This document shows positions 11,766 through 24,035 of a stretch of DNA of 64,000 nucleotides, piece after piece. This stretch comes from Mytilus californianus. Its lineage: Eukaryota. The position numbers and the translations under genes were made by a program. The DNA lies in assembly GCF_021869535.1 (NCBI RefSeq), contig NW_026262690.1:76074001-76138000 (forward strand), written 5' to 3'. The notes beneath the pieces are model-generated. The model ran no database searches. It was given only the letters and a program-made list of their open reading frames with translations, and was not told the origin of the DNA. The stretch's first letter is position 1; every line of letters begins with the position of its first letter.

Positions 11766-14700
11766 ACCCCTTTTTGTTTACCTAAATAAAGTTTCGTATG
11801 CGATATAAGCACTACAAAATTATATCAGTCAGTCCGCTTGCAGTTTTTCCTGACCATTTTGTTAAGGTTAGGACTTTGAGCCCAAACCATTTTTGTGTTG
11901 TCAGAACCATTCTCTCATGTATATCTATTTTCATTACTTTTTGCAGGATATGAACACACTGAAAAGAAAGCATGATGAACAGTATACTCGCAGTAGGAAT
12001 TCAAAATTACATATTGGTTGGCAACACTACAAGGCCGGACGATACAAGCAGGTTTTTAAAGCCGACGGTGGCAGTGTTCGACAACTACCAATATCAACGC
12101 TTGATTTAGAAATTGATGACGTTATTCTATTGGGAATAGACGTATTTTATCCTGATGGCAAATCTAAATATGGTCATTTGAAGGAAATGGAGATATACCT
12201 GGCTGGTCAGAAACTAACATTTGAAAGAGTGAACGAAACAAAACCAAATTTAGGCAACTATCTAAGATTCAATGGACTGCAGTTGTCAAAATGTACATTT
12301 TATCTGATGACAAAACTGAGAAAGGATCAATCGTTTATTTCAAAAAATGAACAAACAGACATTCCCCTACACGGTCAGTCAAGCAGCTGCGTATCCATTC
12401 AGTTAGACAATTTCATAACCCCGCAGCAGGATCTTGTATCGAATAAAACAGGAAGCCTAGAACAACAGCAAGCAATTTCTAACCAACCTCAAAGGTCTAT
12501 TCTTCTTCCTGTTTATGTATGTGGGACTGTCAAAGAAAGACAAGAAATTGTTATTAGATACTACAGAGAACGTCTGTCCAAGTATTCCGAGGAAACTTCC
12601 ATAATTTCATGCAGTTCCATTCGTCAATGTAAAGATATCACCTCTTTCGATGAACCTGTTGTTGTTGACGAAGTTTACAATCCTTGCGACAATGGACTTT
12701 CTATTTGCAGTATGCAAATTGGAGGGAAAGATTTCATAGATACAAAATTTGAAAGAATAGACGGAGTACTGAAGAAGACGACCCGATATCCCTCAGCCGG
12801 AATCAACATAGATGGTATAATCATTGACGAAGCTCTTGAAATTTGGGGATACGATGAAGACAACCTCTTGATAGGACTAGTAATTGGCACCACAGAGAAT
12901 GTTCTGTATACTTGGTTCAAGGATAACGTCATGATCAGCAGTGGATCCATGAACATAATCGTGGTTACACAACCTGGGATATATTCGTGCGAAGTCAGAT
13001 ATAAAACAATTGTCAAAAGCCGTGCAAATTATTGCTTTATCAGATATCGATGAAACAACCAGTGGCTCTATAACAAAAACAATATCTAATGGTTGCTCCC
13101 ATCAATCGCCTAGTATAACTACTACTTCACCAAACAGTGCTCTACAGTCGACAACTTCAAGTATAGAAAAAGGTTTCACTAAGGAAGATAAAATAGAAAA
13201 GAAGATTGCCACAAATCAACACCCTTTTGCTGTTCCAGAGGTTATTGTAGAAGACCTTAATATAGACTACTCATCCATTGTAGGAAGAGAAGCCTTCGGA
13301 ATCGTTTATAAAGGGAAGTGGACCGGATTGGAAGTAGCAGTCAAGGCCATTCCAATGAAGAAGAGAGCAAAAACTGCAATGCTGCGTACTGTGAAAAAAG
13401 AAATAAACATAAACTCAAAATTACGTCATCCGAACATTATTCAGTTCTTGGCTGTTGCTCGAGCCGACACTACAATTTATCTCGTGAGTTTATCATGGGA
13501 TGCAATATGGAGGATGCTATTTTCAGTGAAGAAACAAAGCTTGATAGGATATCAAAGCTAGGGACAAACCGCATATCATGAAACAAGTGGTCCAGGCTGT
13601 ATCATATATGCACTCTTTGGATCCAGTGGTTCTTCATCACGATATTAAACCGGGAAATATATTAATTAGAAAAGGTTGCTTAACAACAAAGGTTTGTGAC
13701 ATTGGAATAAGCAAATTGAAGTCTGTCGGTGCAGCCACGACAATAGCAGTAGGCAGTACTTGTGGATCCCCGGCTTACATGGCACCAGAATGTTTGCTCC
13801 AACAAGAAAATACATCCCCGTCTACAGACACATGGTCACTAGGTGTAACTTTTATCGAGTTTTTCAACGAAAAAGATGCATGGTCGGTTGATGATGAGTT
13901 AGATCCTGTTGCAGCCATCAAAGATAAGATAAAACAAGAAGTGTCACCAGTAGCTCAAGGTTCAGATATACCAGAAAATGTCATGGTTGTATTGAAAAAG
14001 TGTGTTCATTTTGACACTGCACTACGATCAACTGCCAATAAAATACTGCATGATTTGTCGTAGACATGGCAGATGGAGGATAAGAAAAAAATTACAATGT
14101 GTACTAAATCTGCTTGATTTTGATTTGATTTTTCGTTAATGACCAACTAGTGTCTGACCTAACAACAATTCGCATCTTAGTATTTGGCATACATATTGAC
14201 CGTTTCTTTAAGTGCAATAATAACCGTAGCTACCTTGGACAGACTTAAAAAAAATATTTGAATTTATTATAGTAAGAAAATATGTGCATGTCTTGTATGC
14301 CATGTGTAAAACATATTACTCGTGTCTTGTATGCCATGTGTAAAACATATTACTATAAGTAAAGATATATGTAGTCTTGAGTATTTTGTCTTGCGTGAAC
14401 CCACATTAACTAGAGTGTCAATGGGCCATTCCGAATTCTTTTATGGATTTCGGATGTCCTCATAGTTGTGTTTTGTTGTTGTTAATATACCATTTGGAAT
14501 GAAACTAGGAAAGCATAATTTTTTATTAATTACATAAAAATACAGTGTAACCCCGCATACTTAACGCGCATCAGGTTATGCAGGGATTGGCATTAATTGT
14601 CGAAAATAGTATATTAGCTCAGACGATTCTGTTTCATACTCGGTTTTAAGTACTTACAAGTGATATTATTACTTAAAAATTAGATTATTTAAAATGAAGC

Positions 14701-14996
14701 GTAATTTAAGCTCCGTATCTTTTGTAAATCTGTTTTATACTTCCTTGAAATTACGTGTTGCCTGAGGCAGCACACATTACATTTTTACCATCGTTGGTCT
14801 ATTCACAATGGAGAGTTATACCATCTTCTGTTGCCAGTCATTTGTGTTTTGTTAACAATTTGCAACAAAATTCTTTCTTAAAACACCAGTCCAATAAAGC
14901 TGATTTGTACATGTAGAAAAATCCCTTTGTACAAAATGTTCAAATTAGACAAATATAGCTTGCAACCACTCAGCCTATGTCGTCTATAATTGTAGT

Positions 14997-15245
14997 ACCG
15001 CCTATGTGGCGTAATTGGTAGCGTGCTCGCATGAATTGGGGTTCGATCTCTGGTCGGTTCAAACCAAAGACTTTATTTAAATTGGTACTTGCTGCTAACA
15101 CACAGACTAATGGAAAAATACCAAGGACTGGTAAGCTCTGAGTCAGAATAATTTATCCGGGTGGAATGACATGTCTAACTGCGGACAGTTACTCAAGTGA
15201 GCTAGCACTATAAAAATTCAGCTCAGCGTGTTTGTCTAGTATAAA
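14997..15245 (+). mobile_element. Degenerate tRNA-derived CORE-type SINE
   Basis: A-box-like GTGGCGTAATTGGTAGC and B-box-like GGGTTCGATCTC; CORE-like CAAAGACT..AAATTGGTACTTGCTGCT; tail GTGAGCTAGCACTATAAAAAT. Confidence 0.6.
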
Positions 15246-16910
15246 TATGGCTGTTATTGTCTCGTTTGAACTAATTTATAGTTGTCTTTTCTGGGTTTTT
15301 TAAAACTTGCATTGTGGCATGGGTTTTGCTCATCGTTGTAGGCCGGACGGTAACCTATAGTTGATAACTTCGAACGTCATTTGGTCTCGGGTCGAGGGTT
15401 GGCAATATAGTCCTACTACATGTATTCAGTTAATGTGGAATACCCGAAGCACAAACAAATTAACATAGCATCTGGACAGTGATATTTAGTTCAACGTCAG
15501 GACACGGTGACAGCTGTTTGACTGTCATGTACTCATCATAACCAACCTATAGAACAAATATTGTTATCTTGCCATTCAAAGAAATCGAGGAACATATCTT
15601 ATCACAAAACATTGACGTATTCAAGGATAGATAACATCTGTCGGACCGATATGTACTCCATATAACCAAATAATTTCTTAATCTTCAAGTTGCTGAAATA
15701 AAACCTGATACAATTAAAAAAAAAATAACATACACTACAATTGAGGTTTAAGGTCCAAGTGTCACCTGTCAGACTGACATCTACTTTCAAAATCTAACCA
15801 TTATTCTTAATATTGTTGTGCTACTATTCATAGTTACTAAAAACACAACATCTAAAACATCACTAGTTTGTGTAATTAGGTTTAGGTCTGTTATCAATTG
15901 TTTTACAAAAAAAAACCTACGCATTAAATAACGCAAAGCTGATTAAATTGCAAAACCTTAATGTGGTCACTGGACCGCAAAAATGAGGTCAAGGTCAGGT
16001 CAGGTGACATATGACTGACTGATAAGTACAAGTCATACGCTACCAGTGTACCAAAAGTGGTTTACCAAGGTCTTTAACTAACTAAGATATAAAAGCAAAA
16101 TGTAAATGCTAACCCGGTAACCGAAAACCCATGCCTGAATCTCGACTCCTGTGAGCTTGGTCTGTCGTTCGTTTTTGAATTTTTCATACTGATTAAAAAT
16201 AAAATTATTCCTACAGCTACTGTACCCATTCTCTTTTGATGTTACAGTGAAATTCACTAGCTCTTCCTTTGCGTGTATTAAAAAAATAATAATTATAGAG
16301 TAAAAGATATTAACTTCTATTTATGGTTCCTATATTAACTGTTCTAAGTGCTGGTCATCTAACATTGATCATCTACATGTTACATAAAAATGTTCTATGC
16401 AAATATTTACCAGCTGAGATCATTCAAATGCTTTAGTATCAGAACTATACATCAACTTGACCGTCCAAACATGCAGCGTTCTATGGTTCATGTCTTGCAT
16501 TTCTATTTTTAAAATAAATATCTTATATTACCTTCACCTAGATGTTTCGCAAGAATGGCTCTTCTTTAAGTTTTACTTCAGAATCAAAATTTAAGGACCA
16601 TGGATTAACATGTAATGATATAGATATGAAGGGTTATGCGATATATCTTGTTTCTAATTACTTTATATTACTTTATATAACTTATATGAGCAAATAATAT
16701 ATCTATGAACATATAATGTGCCTCCCTTCCGTTTGAGAAATCTTCATCCGCCACTTCGATTGTTAATCAAAAGACTACCTTTCATAACATTATTTAAGAT
16801 TTCGGTGCCGATCGAAATTCAACATGGCTGTCATCGCAGATCATTTTACATTGAATCTCATGGAGCATGTTATCATTAATAGTTCAACCACTTGTCATGA
16901 TATTTGTACA

Positions 16911-17910
16911 ATTAAAGAACCTTTGTGAGTACGCTCCCATACCCCACGCCCCCACATTGTCACTGGGCAAACAAAATCTCACTAGATTTCCAAGTTAAAA
17001 GACTCAACATTCCTACTAAAGTTAAATGATAAAAATTTCTTGTGAATATGCACATCTACATATTATGTTCCCATTATCTACAAAGTTTATAAAAAACTGT
17101 TAATTAGTTTCAGAGGAGTTGCAATGACAAACTGTTGCAGTAGAATAATAAGGCCAAAATTCTAAGTTCAAATTGGCTTAACTCCTAGAAAAAAATGAAT
17201 CATAATTTCCTGTCGATATGCACGTCTACATAATATGTCCTTACTGTCTACATAGTTTCGTGAAATTCTGTTTTGTAGTTTTAGAGGAGTTTCGATGACA
17301 AGAACAAGATTTACGGACTGTAGTATATTGAGGCCAATAAGTTCAAAGGGGCATAACTCATAGAAAAAATAAATAATCATAATTTCCTGTCGATATTCAT
17401 ATCTACATAGTATGTCTTTATTATCTACAAAGTTTCACGAAATTCTGTTGTGTATTTTCAGAGGAGTTTCGATGACAAACTGTTGAAGTAGTATATTGAG
17501 GCCAATAAGTGCAAAGGGGCATAACTCCTAGAAAAAAATTGAATCATAATTTCCTGTCGATGTGAACGTCTATACATAGTATATCCTTATTATCTACAAA
17601 GTTTCATGAAATTCTGTTGTGTGGTTTCAGAGGAGTTGCGATGATAAGAACAGGACTGACGGACTGTAGTATATTGAGGCCAATAAGTTCAAAGGGGCAT
17701 AACTCCTAGAAAAAAATTGAATCATAATTTCCTTTCGATATGCACATCTACGTAGTATGTCCTTATTATCTACAAAGTTTCATGAAACTATGTTGTCTAG
17801 TTTCAGAGAAGTTTCGATGACAAGATCAGGACAGGAACAGGACGGACGGACAGACAGACGGACGGGTCAAAATCATAAAACCCGACGCAAAAAATGCGTG
17901 GGGGTATAAT
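16911..17910 (-). mobile_element. HINE with ~167-178-bp satellite-like tandem array
   Basis: subTIRs ATACCCCACG (16939) and CGTGGGGGTAT (17897); (GACG/GACA)n tract at ~17840; repeat units at ~17180, 17356, 17523 and 17701. Confidence 0.75.
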
Positions 17911-18770
17911 TGATCATAGATACTATTGTGTATAAATTTTGTGATCAGAATGATCAGAATTTCAATATTGTATCACATAACACTGATGTTGGTATGTATT
18001 AGATACACATTGACGGCGTTAGCACGAATGGGTGTATCTAATTTACACCAAGATATTACTGTCAATGCAGAATGATAGTTTTCAATAATTTATATGGGGT
18101 CTTTCAGTGATTTGACCATACGTTATTGAAAAGCATGATGAATGCAGGGTATCCAATTTCGTTTAACAACATCTTGTTGTTAATCATATAATTATCATAA
18201 GGTGAACAACTCGGGCATATGCGAGGCTAAAGTTTGATATTCATAAGGTTTGCGCATTGAACTGTTTCTTCGTTTTCTATTTGATTAACTTTATATGTAA
18301 ATTGGTTGTTGCCAAACTGACGTTTATCCAGCATATAATAATTTTCTGATTAATAATAATTTTTTTGTGAATAGATACAGTTAATTTAATGGATGTCAAT
18401 GTAATTTGTCTTAAGGTACTTTAAATGATTAAGTATGAATTAAAGGATATGTGTGATATACGCCAATGAGATAACAACCCAGCGACACAAATAATCATAA
18501 TTTAGAGATCTGATAAGTGTTCATTTGCACGAGGAAATTTTTTAATTGGATAGGGAAGGAGTTTTAATTACAAATGTAACCTATCAGAATGAACGGATAA
18601 GGGTCACGATATGTGCAGTGCAAAATCGAAACAATTGCCATGCAATAGCTAATCATGGTTTGAATACAAATTTTGATGAAAAACATGTTCCGAGTATAGC
18701 GGAAAAGCATAACATGTAATTGGTTAACTATGAAAAATAACAAAATAACAAAATATCACAAGCAACTACG

Positions 18771-19874
18771 CTACATGTTAAGAACGATGTATTCATTGTA
18801 AAGGCTTAACCGAAATATCAATTGACCATAAAGATCTGAAGCTTCGTTGGCATCTGAAGGTCTGTCGTGTTTCGGCAAGATAAGGTTTACAAGTGAAATT
18901 TTTCTTCTGAGCAACCATGGATAGGTCGACTTTCTCCGTATGCCTGTTGACAATATAAAATATCATTTTGGTCGCAATTCACAATGTAATCGCGGGTACC
19001 ACATGAATCGGGTACAAAAAACAAAATGTCCGGCTTTCCTCCTGGACTCTCGTTATTCTTTTTCACTTGCATTGTATATTTGATTCCATTGAATTACTAC
19101 TTGATTAAGTTCTTTTTGAAGAACGTCCATAAAACAGTACCTTATACATTCGACATGCAATGGATCTGCATCATTGAATAAGTTGCTTTGGCGTAAATCT
19201 TTAAAAAAATTGATCCACCAATCGGCATTTTGTCGACGTAATATACTCCACCAGGCTTAGATTCTTTGGTTAGAAGTACTTTTCCCGTACAAGAAGCCAT
19301 ATCTTACAATCTCATTTTTACTCAGAGCATGAAAAAGAACTTGTATTCCTCTATCACTGTGTTTTCTGTACCTAAATCGCACCTGCACCTCCGGGGACAG
19401 CCTCCTAATTGTTCAACAGTATCCAAAAAATACCGCGCAATTATTTGTGGATTGTTATTACTTGGACCGACCTCAAGCCACATAATTCGTCTTGAGAACC
19501 CATAAATTGCACCATGTATTGGAAACCCAAAAGGCTTGAGTTTGTCGTAACCGTCAATATGTCACACAAAGTTAGGTTCAGGTGTCGTATATCGACGTCT
19601 TATCAACCAATTGTCCACTGTTTTCTATTATCTTGTAGATCGCACCAATAATGCCAGGGAGTGGAAGATTTACTTTGCGGCGTTTTTATTCAAGACTTCT
19701 CAAAATACGTTTGATTTGCGAAATACTTATAGATATTTTATGTACTGCCATCAGCACTTGAGAAATTTCCTTGTTTGTGTATCCTTGGGCAAAATATCTA
19801 CTTATCAATTCATTTCTTGGCATGTTATTGTTCCGGAGAAGGGCTGGTGTGTAAACTGGCAAAACCATTGTCAT
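18771..19874 (-). pseudogene. IS3/integrase-core-type DDE transposase, decayed (IS3EU-like)
   Basis: N-terminal HTH-like ELISRYFAQGYTNKEISQVLMAVHKISISISQIKRILR. Core: RRRY..PNFV*HIDGYDKLKPFGFPIHGAIYGFSRRIMWL..SNNNP..GGCP..RCDLGTEN..GKSTSNQRI*AWW..WWINFFKDL..ELNQ..WN, then PGGKPDILFFVP. Several stops, frameshifts and an apparent internal deletion near 19606. Confidence 0.87.
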
Positions 19875-21585
19875 GAAAAGGGAAAAAATAACTTTGAAGA
19901 AAATAAAGATCGATTAAGGTCGGTTATTATCAGATTTTGCATGAAAGTGGGACAAACAATTAAACATATAATGACTAACAAAATTTGCATATTACAGGAC
20001 AATTTGCATGATTGTACTTTTTTAGTCATAAAAAGAGTTCATTAATCTCACTTTAGAACGAGTTATCATTGAATCCTTCGATTTAAACAAATTTATTACA
20101 GTTATTATCCAGACAAGGGACTATTCTCAGTGGAAAATAACCCAATGATTATATTGCATGTTTCGAACCACTTACAGATACAGCGTCGGTTTCTTCTTGG
20201 TCATAGGATTTATAAATCAAAAGAATGCACGAAAAATTACCAAAAGGGGAGTTAACTCCAAAAAATAAAATTTTTATAATTTTCAGGACACATTTCCTTC
20301 AAAAAGATGACCAACACATGATGTCGTTCTTGTTATTTCGATCTGTAAGCAGTAAGGGATTTCAAATACCTTATTAAACTCATAGGTTTTAATATCACGA
20401 ATCACTATTATAATGAGAACTACCGGATTTTTATAAACATCAGTACTTCAATAATCCAGGCAAGACCGAGTGGGCAGTAGTACAGTACGTAGGTACTTTG
20501 AATACTTAAGATAGTAAAAACCGACTGCCTCAAAAGAATACAATGTTATTATAATTATTCTATGGTCATTCAGTATAATCATAAACCCACTAGTAATATT
20601 AAATAATATTTATATGAATTTTTGGGTTGTTTTCTGCTCTGTAGTCGGATTGTTGCCTCTTTGATACATTCCCGTTTCCATTCTCTAGTCTACATGAAAT
20701 AGAAATTAGATTAAAACGCATTTCTCGCATTCTTTCGATAAGACATGACATACTGGTGTATTATATGTAAATTGGTGAAATATGTTAGATAATGGTTTAT
20801 TAAAAATACCTGTAAAAAGGTACGTATACCCTAGACTTGCTACAATTCCCTTTCTTTTATTTCTTTCTTACAAATTTATTTAGTATATGTCTACTGAAAA
20901 CTGCCAGTATACTGATTGCCCTTGGAGAAAGGTTCCTATGCAGGTGTTAAATGCAATATACTGTAAATCTCTTTATTATCGCAATAAAATTGTTAAAGGG
21001 GTAAAATTGAAGAAGAAGAAAAAGAAAATTACGATGGGACATGTAGCAAGTCTACCTATACCCTATAAATACCTGAGACAAAAGCTAAATGCGTACCGAT
21101 TTTCGAAAACGTGATTTCCCAAAAATGTTTCAAGGCGCGCCTTTGGGATTCTATGGCTTCCGAAAGGGGCACTGGTCAAAATAAATTTGTATGGTATGAC
21201 ACCATTTACACAATCACCCTTCCAATCCACCTGTGAAGCCGCCCCTTCAACTGAAACTATATGTACTGCATGTTCCACACCTACTGCTTGCTATGTTTAC
21301 AACATGATCAGCATACAAGTGTCAATCGTTTGAACGACCCCTATCTCTTTTGTGTGTAGCCATGTACATGCATGTAAGGCTTCAATCGTGAAGTGGGGCA
21401 AATACACCTTAATTAGATTCGTGCAGTTGAACTAAACTTCAAACAAACAGTGCAATATACAAATAAAAACATACCTTCTTATTTATTTCCTGCACGACAA
21501 CCAATTTACTACACTATGCAGTTAAAAGCACACGTGTATTTATAAACCCGCTAATTTCAATATCATTTATGTAAAAACATAGTTC

Positions 21586-21752
21586 ATTGGTCTAAAATAA
21601 TTCACAAGTTAGAAGCATTCTTCTGATTGGTGACGCTGGATATAGAATATCGAATATCGAATCTCGAATTTCGAATTTCGAATTTCGAACTTCAGATATT
21701 GAATCTCGACTTTCGAATATCGGATCTCGCATGATCCTTCTGGGCTATCGTA
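21586..21752 (-). repeat. Right TIR with 7-bp repeat array and two CCAAT boxes
   Basis: Reverse complement of 563-750 with fewer 7-bp units; ATTGG at 21586-21590 and 21626-21630. Confidence 0.9.
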
Positions 21753-21878
21753 ATTCCTGGAGTAGAAAATCCTAAGTATTTCTAAAAATTCAAAGTTTTG
21801 TAAACAGTTAATTTATAATTATGACCATTTCAATGATAATTCAAATTAACACAGAAGTGGCGACTACTGGGCTGGTGA
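21753..21878 (-). repeat. Fragment of the retrozyme family seen at 44633-45072, truncated exactly at the TIR
   Basis: Reverse complement reads TATCACCAGCCCAGTAGTC..AAATACTTAGGATTTTCTACTCCAGGAAT, homologous to ~44770-44900. Confidence 0.65.
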
Positions 21879-22698
21879 TAAGTTACCGTCCTATGTTCGA
21901 AAATAAATGAAAACAACACTTTATAGATTCCATGCGTCCGAAGCGCTGATTTTCTAAGATACACAACTTCTTTAAATATCAATTGATCAGACTCGGGATT
22001 TTGTTTTGGGGAAGGGGCTCGTGTATGTTTGATAGCGAAAAACTTATGCAGCTTTCAACATGCCACATTCTGACCTCGCAAAGCATTGCTGCAATTGGTT
22101 TTGTCCGACTTGACGTCGTTGCGTATTGATACATTCCACTGAAAAAAAGAACATGGATTTTTTTTCTGCTGGACGGAACAAGCCCAGGTTACCTTACTTC
22201 CTTATATCTATCTCTGTCAATCCTTGGAGTCCGTCAATATTGTAGCACACGAGCCCAAAAAACTCCTCGTTTGATGGTCTCTCTGGGAATGAAAAAAGTA
22301 CCTTATGTTGTAATATGAACTCCGATATTATGCAAATCTGTTTTTTAATCTATATTTATATCAAAATTTATGATATTTTTAATAATTATAAATTCCTTAA
22401 TCTTTTTCTTTTTTACTTTCATGGTATTAAATAAATTTGGGAGATTTTGATGTGCTATTCATTGTCTTTTCTTTCCTTTTTGTTTCAAATTGCCCTAAGT
22501 TACAATCAAGTTATCCATTTAAAGTCGCCTCGTTTGGATTTGGTAAGCTAAAAGGCATCTGGCCTGCTTAAAATGGGATTTTGTATCAAACACACTCCAT
22601 AAGAATTATCATTTATTGTCTAGAGAAAAACAATTTAAGTCACAACACAAATTCTTCAAAAATGCATCTTTTTCATATGTTTCTGCTTTCTCCCATTT

Positions 22699-23123
22699 TT
22701 ATTTCTCATTGTGGACAAGCATTCCAAGAAATGACGAACGAGGGTAGCTAGAGTAACTAAAAATCACATTGTCGGTCCCGTAACTTGTTCTAATAAATGC
22801 ATGTTCATCTTTCTGCATTCTACACAACGCCGTCATGGAAGCTGAGTGGTGAAAACCTTCTGTATCAGTCTCACCTGCATTTGATATAGCTCGATTCTGA
22901 ACCACAAGCTCAGTGAGTATGTATTTACCAGTATTACTTGTTACTGTCCAGGAGAATAGATACACCCCTTTCCTTGGTGCAACAAACACTCCATCGTTGA
23001 GATTGTAGTGACCTCCAGTGTTTAAAATAACCGAATTAAAGACTACAGTTGACTTTGTGTTTAAATTTATAGTACTTCCGGAATTTATCAGGGGATAGAA
23101 CATGACCGGTTCAAGATCGGTTC
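22699..23123 (-). CDS. C1q globular-domain exon of a C1q-domain-containing (C1qDC) protein, intact
   Basis: VVFNSVILNTGGHYNLNDGVFVAPRKGVYLFSWT...SASMTALCRM..SSFLGMLV; acceptor TTTTCCAG|GA (phase 1); stop at 22699. Confidence 0.9.
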
Positions 23124-23719
23124 CTGGAAAAAAAAAGCAAATAGATTAATGTGTATTATGATACCTGATTACAATAAAATAAAAGCATTGACATGTAAAT
23201 AACAATATGATACCGCCAGTCAGTGATCGTTTATATTAATATTTACTACTTTTATAGACTTGAGGCGGTACAGTGCTGGACTTATATTGTAGACACATTT
23301 GTCTATTCTGGAAGAGAATATATGGTCTCGAACATGCCTTTTTTTTTTCGTTTGTGTTTGTCATTCGGTTTTTGTTTAACTGACGTTCGACAGAATCTCT
23401 TTTATTTTTAATGAATGTATAATATGCATTACCAAATAAAAAAATATATGCTTTCTTCCAATTCCCGGGTTACTTTTATCTTTATGACATTCATACTTCT
23501 ATTAATGTTAGCTATCACAGATTTAACCATCTTAGTTCATGCTTTATAGTACGATTTTGTATATATGTTTGAGATCTTCTTCACTTATTATGACAAATTC
23601 CATTTACGGTGTTATTCAGCATAACTGGCGCCTGGGGACTCCCGTTTTGTCTTCTTTTGTTTGTGTGTTAGAGATTTTTCAGCATATTTTTTTATATGCC
23701 TACTGATTATTTCCTTATT

Positions 23720-24035
23720 TAGGGAGCTACCATTTGATTTTTATGGGAGAGGGGGGCTAGGATGTTTGAAAAAAAAGGCAGGACAGGAGTTTTGAGTAAA
23801 AAAAAAGGCAGGATGAGCAACTTGGCATAAAGAAAAGGCCGGATGACAATTTATGTAAAAAGACTAAGGATAAACTAATAAAAAAAAGGCAGGACCGAAA
23901 AGAGTGAAAAATAAAAAGGCAGGATAAACTAATAAAAAAAAAGGCAGGACCGAAAAGAGTGAAAAATAAAAAGGCAGGACAAAGATTACAACTAAAAAGA
24001 AATGCAGGTAAAAAATACTTCATCCTAGCCCCCCT
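23720..24035. mobile_element. MITE with internal AAAAGGCAGGA repeats
   Basis: Inverted GGGGGCTAGGATG / CATCCTAGCCCCC; about nine AAAAGGCAGGA-like units. Confidence 0.55.

Larger units (their letters stand above)
861..14063 (+). pseudogene. Three-exon Ser/Thr (TKL-like) protein kinase gene with three frameshifts
   Basis: Exon 1 861-963 (ATG, donor G|GTAAGA, phase 1); exon 2 9415-9545 (TTTCAG|G, open frame, ACG|GTAGGT, phase 0); exon 3 from 11947 (TTGCAG|GAT). Kinase motifs: GREAFGIVYKG, VAVK, LRHPNII, HHDIKPGN, VCDIG, GSPAYMAPE, DTWSLG. Frameshifts near 13015, 13490 and 13575. Confidence 0.82.
563..21752. mobile_element. Candidate IS3EU-like DNA transposon (~21.2 kb including nested insertions) carrying a kinase cargo gene
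   Basis: Paired inverted repeats begin TACGA(A/T)AGCCCAGAAGGATCATGCGAGATCCGATATTCG at 563 and end ...CTGGGCTATCGTA at 21752. Inside are a + strand kinase gene and a - strand integrase-core transposase. TAY..RTA termini fit my recollection of IS3EU. No TSD (left flank TTGGCC, right flank ATTCCT). Confidence 0.65.

Noticed and set aside
12675-13016. 113-aa minus-strand ORF
   Set aside because: Antisense shadow of the kinase gene exon 3.
13010-13581. Programmed frameshifting in the kinase gene
   Set aside because: Three separate shifts with no evident slippery site, and the neighbouring transposase is also decayed; ordinary decay is simpler.
23757-24023. Hydrophobic 88-aa ORF and CRISPR-like spacing of AAAAGGCAGGA
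   Set aside because: MITE-internal repeats in a eukaryotic context; the spacers are duplicated and there are no cas genes.
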